From contig NZ_CP019384.1 of the NCBI RefSeq assembly GCF_004102945.1, positions 660,001-692,000 of the forward strand: a DNA stretch of 32,000 bases. The letters are read 5' to 3'. This stretch comes from Candidatus Velamenicoccus archaeovorus. GTDB taxonomy: Bacteria; Omnitrophota; Gorgyraeia; Velamenicoccales; Velamenicoccaceae. The notes below the pieces were generated by a model that was not told where the DNA came from, did not search any database, and saw nothing but the letters and a program-made list of their open reading frames with translations. The translations under genes were made by a program, and so were the position numbers. Of this stretch, positions 25,728 to 32,000 are shown piece after piece (position 1 is the first letter of the stretch; every line of letters starts with the position of its first letter).

Positions 25728-26034
25728 AGGTGTGACCATTGTGACTGTGGACGGGCTACGTTCACAGCTTTGGTCACGGATTATCCTCATAATCTACAAG
25801 AGGATGTGGGATTCATGAATATTGTGAATGTCGTTTCTTTCCTTTTCTAAAAAAGAAAAGAGAAAGAGGGAAAGCCCCTTGTAGGGGGTCATTAGAGGCA
25901 GTTAGAAAAATAAGGGTAGTCAATGTTCACAACGTTCAGAGGGTAGAAAAAGGGGAGGTGAAAGATGTAGGCAAACGTAAAAACCAAGGCAGAAGAATAG
26001 TAATTCAAATCAACAAATACAGGAGGAACGAAAA
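25728..26034. other. candidate replication origin / operator region downstream of the primase-helicase gene
   Basis: Inverted repeat GTGACCATTGTGAC (25732-25745) and GTTCACAGCTTTGGTCAC (25760-25777). Further TGTGAA/GTTCACA words at 25823-25828 and 25925-25931. AT-rich palindrome CTTTCCTTTTCT-AAAAA-AGAAAAGAGAAAG at about 25838-25866. Confidence 0.35.
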
Positions 26035-26718
26035 ATGAAACTGAATTTTTTAAACGTGTTAAAGGGCAAAAGCACGCCGGAAGAGATCGCCGAGCAGATT
26101 GTGGCGCTTGAAGAAAAGCAGAAGCTCTGCGAGCAGGAAAAAACTGAAGCTAAAGAGAAAGCAAAAGAAATCAGAAGCCGGGTTATGTGCGGCGAGAGGA
26201 TTAATCCCGAGGCTGTGAAGCTAGCGGATTTGGCGTTGGAGGAATGCAATATCAATCTCGATGTCGTTGCCGAGAGCCTCGCTAAACTCAAGACGAAAAT
26301 GGAGGAAGCGTTGACGGAGAAGCGGGACGAAGAGATGAAAAGGCTCATCGAAGACCGTAAAGCCATGAACAGAGAGAAGGAGACGTTGATCCTCGATCTG
26401 TGGAAGGCGAAGGGCCGGTTGTTTGCCTTAGCATTTGCTATCTACGGTCATCCAGAGACTACCCGACGGCATTTGGAAGATTACCCCGCGTTTAGCCCCA
26501 GTTTAGGAACAGAGCCGCACAGTATTTTTCATGCTGAGAAAGAAAAGGGTATCGCCGAGCTTCGCAGGCCGACAACGGCAGATATCGAGGAGGATATCCG
26601 TGTCAGGGATCACTGGGTATCGCATTTCGACCTCGAGCAGGAGATTAATAACCTTATGAAAAAATATCGGCCTGAGCCCGCAAAGCCAGTGGAGCAGGTA
26701 GAGTTGGTTGCTGAGTAA
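26035..26718 (+). CDS. hypothetical coiled-coil protein
   Basis: SD AGGAGGA. 227 aa. The Glu/Lys-rich helical N-terminal half has no recognisable catalytic motif. Confidence 0.6.
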   Translation: MKLNFLNVLKGKSTPEEIAEQIVALEEKQKLCEQEKTEAKEKAKEIRSRVMCGERINPEAVKLADLALEECNINLDVVAESLAKLKTKMEEALTEKRDEEMKRLIEDRKAMNREKETLILDLWKAKGRLFALAFAIYGHPETTRRHLEDYPAFSPSLGTEPHSIFHAEKEKGIAELRRPTTADIEEDIRVRDHWVSHFDLEQEINNLMKKYRPEPAKPVEQVELVAE

Positions 26719-26839
26719 CAATCTAATGCGGAGGAACCGGATCGATGTTCTTGTTAACTTCTTCCATCGCGAAAGTTTTGCCAGATAAATGCGTCTGGCA
26801 GAGGGCGACACCTTCCGCCCTCCTCCGCACGCATTTTGT

Positions 26840-27130
26840 TTACGGGTCCTTGGCAGCCGGTGTCGGGTGAGGGTCGGGCGAGGCGCAGTTTGTCAGTGAT
26901 CTAAAATTTTGAAAAAGTGATGTCATGTCATATGGGGTTATCCGGAGAGCGTCAAAATGTGGTCAGGAAGGCTCAAAACAGGCATTTTTTGCGGAAAAAG
27001 TGTCAATTTTTGGGTATTTCGATGGTTTTGAGGGGTGTTTTGACTGACATTCACTGACACGAGTTATGTCAGTATGTCAGTGAAACCGGACATCATACGA
27101 CACGAAAAATGTCCTAATGTCCTAATGGGT
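26840..27130. repeat. noncoding module, copy 2
   Basis: GGGTCCTTGG (26844-26853), the identical 23-mer (26865-26887), CAGTGAT (26894-26900), ATGTCATGTCAT (26920-26931), GAGCGTC (26947-26953), AGGGGTGTTTT (27031-27041). Copy-specific words: ACTGACA(T/C) x2 facing ATGTCAGT x2 (27043-27081), and ATGTCCTAATGTCCTAATG (27109-27127). Confidence 0.8.
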
Positions 27131-27140
27131 AGCGGTGAAA

Positions 27141-27338
27141 ATGAGCAAGGATGTACGCACAAATAATGATCAGGCGGTTAGCCTTAGGGGCTGGGATGCT
27201 TTAGAGATAAAGCTAAAAGGCCGCGGCCTATCCAGCATTGAGATTCAGGAGGCGCGTAAATCCTTTTTTGAAGGCATTGAGTTGTTGTCAAAAATGTTCC
27301 TGTCCTCGTATGACGCGGAGAAGAAAACCCTTGTATAG
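27141..27338 (+). CDS. hypothetical small protein
   Basis: ATG at 27141 (the track start 27135 is a GTG). 65 aa, helical, no motif recognised. Confidence 0.4.
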   Translation: MSKDVRTNNDQAVSLRGWDALEIKLKGRGLSSIEIQEARKSFFEGIELLSKMFLSSYDAEKKTLV

Positions 27339-27386
27339 GGTTGTATAATACGGTATACTGGGCACTAATCTTAGAGGGTGCCAATT

Positions 27387-27593
27387 ATGAAAACTTACAC
27401 CATGACAGAGACGGCAAAAAAGCTGGGTGTTCACCGGCAGACCATGATCAATTGGATCCGCAAGGGTTGGGTTAAGCCCAAGCGCGACTACAAAGACTGG
27501 CCCGTGTTTACGGACGAGTGTATCGCCAAGATTAAAGAATGGCGGGAGACACTAAAGGATACTAATGAGGGTAGCGTTATACACAAGAGTTAG
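27387..27593 (+). CDS. excisionase/MerR-type HTH protein, paralog of 8546..8737
   Basis: SD AGAGGG then ATG at 27387. YTMTETAKKLGVHRQTMINWIRKGWVKPKRDYKDWPVFTDECIAKIKEW. It overlaps the recombinase start by 29 nt. Confidence 0.75.
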   Translation: MKTYTMTETAKKLGVHRQTMINWIRKGWVKPKRDYKDWPVFTDECIAKIKEWRETLKDTNEGSVIHKS

Positions 27594-29250
27594 CACAGAG
27601 GATCAAGCTCGCGAAGGATTTTCGCTGGAGGTGCAGAGAACGTATCTTTTGCAATATGCGAAGAACTTCGGCTGGGATGTTTTTTGCAGTATGTCGGGCC
27701 GGGATGTTTATATGGATGACGGCTATTCCGGCGGCAATATGGATAGACCGGCATTACAGAGGCTTCTCTTCGATGCCCGCAATAAGCAGTTTGATTTGGT
27801 CTTGGTGTATAAACAAGATCGCTTAAGTCGTCGGCTCAAGGATCTGTTAGGATTGCTTGAGGAGATTGATTCTTTGGGTGTTGGCTATAAATCAGCGACT
27901 GAGCCGTTTGATACTACATCGAGCGCGGGCAAAATGGCGATTCAAATGCTTGGCAGTTGCGCGGAATTTGAGCGTAATCGTTTAGTTGAGCGCGTTTTTC
28001 CGGGTATGGTTGTAGGTGTTAAGCGGGGGCATTGGCAGGGAGCGCGTTACGCGCCGTATGGCTATCGTTATAATAAGGAAGCCAAGAAACTGGAAGTCCA
28101 CCCTGAAGAAGCGAAAATCGTCAAAGAAATTTTCTCGATGTATATAAATGGCAAGAGCACTTCGCAGATTGCCGGGCATTATTACATGCTTGGTATCCCT
28201 TCGCGGCAGGGCGGGAAGTTTTATACTAAATTCATCTCGGATATCCTTAAAAATAAAGTGTATTTGGGAATGCTGGTCTGGAATAAGCGGCGTTACGATA
28301 CAAAGATCAAGACTAAAAATGGCGAGGGAAAGGGATATTGCTATATCAAGAATGATCCTTCCAAGATCATCGAGGTCCCGAATACGCACGAGCCGATTAT
28401 TTCGCAAAGGGAGTTTGACGAGGCTTCCACGCTTCTCAAGCGAAACCGCACTAATGGCATAGTTAGATTCAGGAATAATGTTTATCATCTTTCCGGTATA
28501 TTAAAATGCAATGAATGCGGCGGTAATTATCGCGGGATGACGCATATCGTTAATCACCGCACCAAAATGAGGCGTCCGTGGTATAGATGTTCGTCTAGAG
28601 GGATTCGGTATATTAAGTGCAACAATAAATCCGTGACTGCTGATGCTATCAATAAGCAGGTCTGGGATATCGTTGAAGTTATTAGAAAAAATCTTCACGT
28701 GCTGGAAGAATTAGGCGACATGATTCGGCTTAACGCTTCTGAGCCGGAGCGGGTATATATGGAGCAGTTGGAGGAGAAGGAAGCGCTTCTTAAAAAGAAC
28801 GTGGAGAAGCAAAGGGCTATATACGAATTATTTTCAGAAGACAAAATAAATATGGGGCTTTATAAGGACAGAGCCGAGCTTTTAAGTAATGAGGAGAAAA
28901 AACTAAAGCAGGATATCAAGGCCATTCATCTTAAGATTCTGGACAAGCGCAATTCCGTCAATTTGGTGAAAGCGACGCAGGATTTCCTTTTAAGGTTGCG
29001 CAGTACGCCCGAAAGCGACAATCACCAATTGGACTACCTTATAAAGACGTTCATGCGGATTGTCTTTAAGTCGATTACTATCCAGAATCAGGAAATCGTG
29101 AAGTTTGAGTTGAATGAGCCTTGGAAGACTTGCTATGAAGAGGGGATGAAATGGTTGAAAACGAACGAAAAGACGACAATACAGGCGATTCCGGAGGCAA
29201 AAGCCCGAAGAAGCTACGTGTGCTTTTGCGCACCTTCGGATGTCAGATGA
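27565..29250 (+). CDS. large serine recombinase 2
   Basis: MRVALYTRVSTEDQAREGFSLEVQ. ATEPFDTTSSAGKMAIQMLGSCAEFERNRLVERV. YAPYGYRY. Zinc-ribbon CNECGGNY...WYRCSS...KCNN. Coiled coil. The last 100 nt overlap the miaB ORF in another frame. Confidence 0.92.
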   Translation: MRVALYTRVSTEDQAREGFSLEVQRTYLLQYAKNFGWDVFCSMSGRDVYMDDGYSGGNMDRPALQRLLFDARNKQFDLVLVYKQDRLSRRLKDLLGLLEEIDSLGVGYKSATEPFDTTSSAGKMAIQMLGSCAEFERNRLVERVFPGMVVGVKRGHWQGARYAPYGYRYNKEAKKLEVHPEEAKIVKEIFSMYINGKSTSQIAGHYYMLGIPSRQGGKFYTKFISDILKNKVYLGMLVWNKRRYDTKIKTKNGEGKGYCYIKNDPSKIIEVPNTHEPIISQREFDEASTLLKRNRTNGIVRFRNNVYHLSGILKCNECGGNYRGMTHIVNHRTKMRRPWYRCSSRGIRYIKCNNKSVTADAINKQVWDIVEVIRKNLHVLEELGDMIRLNASEPERVYMEQLEEKEALLKKNVEKQRAIYELFSEDKINMGLYKDRAELLSNEEKKLKQDIKAIHLKILDKRNSVNLVKATQDFLLRLRSTPESDNHQLDYLIKTFMRIVFKSITIQNQEIVKFELNEPWKTCYEEGMKWLKTNEKTTIQAIPEAKARRSYVCFCAPSDVR

Positions 29251-30398
29251 ACGTCCGGGATTCCGAGGTCGTCAAGGGCCTGTTGTCGGCGGAAGGCTAC
29301 GAGATGACGGATGATCCGAAGAAGGCGGATGTGGTCTTGTTTAATACGTGTTCGGTGCGGGACCATGCGGAGCAGCGGGTCTGGTCGGGCATCGGACTTT
29401 TGTCGCGCAAAAAAAACCGGCCCTTGATCGGCGTTCTTGGCTGCATGGCCCAGAGTTATCAGGCTGATATCAAAAAACGCGTCCCGGCTGTTGATCTTGT
29501 CGTTGGCCCGAGTGAAATCGATAACATCGCGCTATATCTTGAGGAAGCGCTGCGCACCAAGAATGTCTTAGCGGTGAAGGAGCGTGCGCGCGCAGAGGAG
29601 ATTTATCACACCGGCTTTTATGACAAAAAAGACCATGCGTATATCGTCGTCTCCGAGGGATGCGACAATTTCTGTTCCTATTGCGTCGTGCCGTATGTGC
29701 GGGGCCGTCTGCGCCACAGGCCGGCAGATGAGATCGTCAGGGAAGCCCGGGCGGCTGTTGATGCCGGCATAACCAGCATCACCCTCCTTGGACAAAATGT
29801 CAGCGCCTATGGCACAGAGTACACCTGCCTGCCGGACAGGCAGGGAGAACAGAGTACACCTGCCTGCCGGACAGGCAGGGAGGACAGAGTTTGCGGATTT
29901 CCGGAATTGTTGGAGAAAGTCGCCAAGGTCAAAGGGCTCAAGAGTTTGTCGTTTATCACTTCGCATCCGAAAGACACAAAAAAAGAATTGTTTGAGGCCA
30001 TGCGGGATATCCCCGTTGTCAGGAAATATCTCCACGTGCCGGCCCAATCAGGGTCGGACAGGGTCCTGGCCATGATGAACCGGGGGTATACGGCTGAAAA
30101 ATATCGCGAACTTGTAGACCTCTACCGCTCCATTGTATATAATGGGGAATTGAGCTCGGACTTTATCGTGGGATTTCCGGGCGAAAGCGAGGAGGATTTC
30201 CGCGCAACGCACGATCTGGTCAAAAGCGTGCGTTTTGATTCGGCTTTTATCTTTAAGTATTCCACGCGGCCGCACACGAAGGCCGCGGAGTTCCCCGACG
30301 ACGTCCCGCAGGCCGCCAAGAAACGCAGGCATGCAGAACTGCTGGAGCTCCAGAAAAGCATCTCTCAATCCTTAAAGAAACATGCGAAAAAGGCATAA
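29151..30398 (+). CDS. miaB: MiaB-family radical-SAM methylthiotransferase (UPF0004 + radical SAM; no TRAM domain visible)
   Basis: TFGCQMNVRDSE, NTCSVRD and LGCMAQ (N-terminal cluster cysteines). CDNFCSYCVVPYVRG (CxxxCxxC). LLGQNVSAYG. ITSHPKD. HVPAQSGSD. SSDFIVGFPGESEEDF. SD AGGGG then ATG 29151. miaA lies 0.9 kb downstream. Confidence 0.85.
   Translation: MVENERKDDNTGDSGGKSPKKLRVLLRTFGCQMNVRDSEVVKGLLSAEGYEMTDDPKKADVVLFNTCSVRDHAEQRVWSGIGLLSRKKNRPLIGVLGCMAQSYQADIKKRVPAVDLVVGPSEIDNIALYLEEALRTKNVLAVKERARAEEIYHTGFYDKKDHAYIVVSEGCDNFCSYCVVPYVRGRLRHRPADEIVREARAAVDAGITSITLLGQNVSAYGTEYTCLPDRQGEQSTPACRTGREDRVCGFPELLEKVAKVKGLKSLSFITSHPKDTKKELFEAMRDIPVVRKYLHVPAQSGSDRVLAMMNRGYTAEKYRELVDLYRSIVYNGELSSDFIVGFPGESEEDFRATHDLVKSVRFDSAFIFKYSTRPHTKAAEFPDDVPQAAKKRRHAELLELQKSISQSLKKHAKKA
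29815..29890 (+). repeat. 35-bp tandem repeat (2 full units + 6 nt) inside miaB, each unit containing an 8-bp-stem palindrome
   Basis: CAGAGTACACCTGCCTGCCGGACAGGCAGGGAG(A/G)A at 29815-29849 and 29850-29884, with one mismatch, then CAGAGT. Inner palindrome CCTGCCTG-CCGGA-CAGGCAGG. Confidence 0.9.
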
Positions 30399-31173
30399 TA
30401 TTATCTTTGCCCCGGTCCTCGGGGCGCTGTTGTCGGTTTGGGTGACGGCTTGCGCCGCGGCGCAGGCAGAGGGCGTCTTGGATAAGGCGCAACTTTTGTT
30501 TTTGAAGAGGCAGTATGTGCAGGCGATCGACGAATGCGCCAAAGCAGTCAAAGAGCATCCTGACAATCCGGAGGTTATCTCCCAGGCCAATTATCTGACG
30601 GGTGCCAGCTATGTCAACCTCTTTGATTTCCTGACTGCCAAGAAGAACTTCCGGGCCATCGTCGACCAGTATAGCAGGTCTCCTTATTATGAGGATGCCT
30701 ATATGGGGCTTGGGGACATCGAGTTTTTGCAGGAGAATTACACCGAAGCCTTGAAGATTTATGAACAGTTCTTGCGCACAGACCCGTCGCCTAGGCGGCG
30801 CGCGACCCTTTATTTCCGCCTTGCAGAGATATACCTTAAACAGGGTGACCAGGCGTCTTTCAGGAAATATTACGACAAGCTCCAGAAGGAATTTCCCCTT
30901 TCTTTTGAGGCCAAAGACGCGCGCCGCCTCCAGGGATCCGGGTTTTATTATACGGTGCAGGTCGGCGCATTCACCAATTTCGATAATGCGCAGGAGTGCA
31001 TCAATCAGCTTAAGGCGAAGGGATACAATGTTTATTCCGTCCTGTGCATGTTGTCCGGTAAAAAACTGTGTCGTATCCGCGTCGGCCGCTATGCGACACA
31101 GAAAGAGGCTGAGGAAGCCAAAAGGAAATTGGAGTTGGACGGATTCCTTGCCAAGGTTTTTCCTTTGGAGTGA
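30382..31173 (+). CDS. TPR + SPOR domain lipoprotein (YbgF/CpoB-like N-terminal half, peptidoglycan-binding SPOR C-terminus)
   Basis: Signal/lipobox-like LLSVWVTAC. TPR-like helices (YLTGASYVNLFDF..., YEDAYMGLGDIEFLQENYTEALKIY). SPOR signature YYTVQVGAFTNFDNAQECINQLKAKGYNVY...CRIRVGRYATQKEAEEAKRKLE. Confidence 0.8.
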   Translation: MRKRHNIIFAPVLGALLSVWVTACAAAQAEGVLDKAQLLFLKRQYVQAIDECAKAVKEHPDNPEVISQANYLTGASYVNLFDFLTAKKNFRAIVDQYSRSPYYEDAYMGLGDIEFLQENYTEALKIYEQFLRTDPSPRRRATLYFRLAEIYLKQGDQASFRKYYDKLQKEFPLSFEAKDARRLQGSGFYYTVQVGAFTNFDNAQECINQLKAKGYNVYSVLCMLSGKKLCRIRVGRYATQKEAEEAKRKLELDGFLAKVFPLE

Positions 31174-31268
31174 CCGAGCGTCTTGGAGCTGATGTTGCAA
31201 AGGGAAGTCTCGTAGCGACAGAACGAAGGAGCAGGGGTTATCGGTTTTGGGCCGGTAATCCTTTTTTT

Positions 31269-32000
31269 ATGAAAAAACCGGTCGTCATTTTTATCGTCGG
31301 CCCGACGGGCTCAGGCAAGACGCAGGTGGGGCTGAACCTGTCCCGATACCTGCCTTGTGAATATATCTCCGCAGATTCCATGCAGATCTATAAGGGCATG
31401 GATATTGTGACGGATAAGCTGGTTGTGTCTTTGCGCAGGAAATATCCTTACCATCTTCTTGATGTGGTCCCGCCGTCAAAAGAATACAGCGTTGCCGCAT
31501 TCTGCCTTGCCGCCGCGCGGAAGGTCAGGGAGAGCGTCAAAAGAAAGAAGGTCCCCGTCGTTGTGGGAGGGACAGGCCTTTATGTCCGCTCTCTTATTCA
31601 TGGGATCTTTGAAGAGAGATCTTCGGCTGAAATTCGTTCTTCGCTGATGCATCTGGCTGTCGAAAAAGGGAATTCTTTTCTGCACCAGCGCCTCGGCCAG
31701 GTGGATCCTCAGGCCGCCGGCCGCATCCATGTCCATGACACCAAAAGACTCATCCGCGCCCTTGAGGTTTTTGAGATGACGCGCCGGCCGATCTCGGAAC
31801 TCCAACAAAAAAGGCAGGGGTTGATTGTGGCTTATGACGTGCGCATCTTCGGCCTGGAAAGGGACCGAGCGGATTTGTATGCCCGTATTGATCAGAGGGT
31901 GGATTTTATGGTCCATGGCGGCCTGCTGGATGAGGTCCGGCGTCTCTTGAGACGGTGCCTGGGCCGAACAGCATCACAGTGCATCGGGGTACGGGAGATA
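31269..32000 (+). CDS. miaA: tRNA dimethylallyltransferase, 3-prime partial
   Basis: Not in the ORF track because it runs off the window. My translation gives MKKPVVIFIVGPTGSGKTQVGLNLSRYLPCEYISADSMQIYKGMDIVTDK...VVVGGTGLYVRSL...HVHDTKRLIRALEV, open to nt 32000. Confidence 0.9.
   Translation, partial: MKKPVVIFIVGPTGSGKTQVGLNLSRYLPCEYISADSMQIYKGMDIVTDKLVVSLRRKYPYHLLDVVPPSKEYSVAAFCLAAARKVRESVKRKKVPVVVGGTGLYVRSLIHGIFEERSSAEIRSSLMHLAVEKGNSFLHQRLGQVDPQAAGRIHVHDTKRLIRALEVFEMTRRPISELQQKRQGLIVAYDVRIFGLERDRADLYARIDQRVDFMVHGGLLDEVRRLLRRCLGRTASQCIGVREI

Larger units (their letters stand above)
10390..29239 (+). mobile_element. integrative element 2 (~18.8 kb): cargo signalling/ion cluster, type III R-M, primase-helicase, HTH, LSR2; right junction inside miaB
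   Basis: The right end is fixed by the LSR2/miaB overlap and the composition shift near 29190-29240. The left end is inferred from the junction motif inside the LSR1 tail. It may itself be composite (see the duplicated module). Confidence 0.5.

Noticed and set aside
30253-31200. 315-aa minus-strand ORF opposite the TPR-SPOR gene
   Set aside because: The plus-strand product has a signal peptide, TPR helices and a clear SPOR signature. The antisense product is Arg/Leu-rich with no motif.
1-32000. CRISPR arrays, tRNA/rRNA genes, tRNA-type integration target
   Set aside because: No regularly spaced direct repeats with unique spacers were seen, and no tRNA-like acceptor or T-arm sequences. The integration target appears to be the miaB coding region.

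Overview
The window has two compositionally distinct parts, judged by eye. The GC-rich flanks look like host chromosome. On the left (1-6239) are the last 5.3 kb of a giant Ig-repeat surface protein gene and a small membrane-anchored partner gene. On the right (29151-32000) are miaB, a TPR-SPOR lipoprotein gene and miaA. The AT-richer DNA between them (about 6.3-29.2 kb) reads as two integrative elements in tandem. Each ends in an HTH plus large serine recombinase (LSR) module (8546-10464 and 27387-29250). The main finding is that both LSR genes carry, out of frame in their last ~100-145 nt, an SD, a start codon and a MiaB-type N-terminus ending in ..RT(I/F)G. Behind LSR2 this hidden frame is fused to the full-length miaB gene. 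Behind LSR1 it stops after 6 more codons. Decayed miaB-like 5-prime sequence follows the same CC(A/T)TCGG point at 6314 and at 10390. This fits miaB-targeted elements that rebuild the gene they interrupt and have stacked at one site. Element 1 (~4 kb) carries a REC-Fis regulator, a replication-protein-O-like gene and a promoter-terminator mini-transcript. Element 2 (~19 kb) carries a K+/H+ antiporter, a two-component system and an unusual signalling cluster (PhoU-like, tandem REC, pseudo-receiver, P-II-like, Rnk, two paralogous MCPYF Cys-rich miniproteins, two polybasic micro-ORFs). It also carries a type III R-M operon, a primase-helicase, and a diverged noncoding module present two to three times with copy-specific iteron words. 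No tRNA, rRNA or CRISPR array was seen. All homology calls rest on motif recognition by eye, with no database searches.
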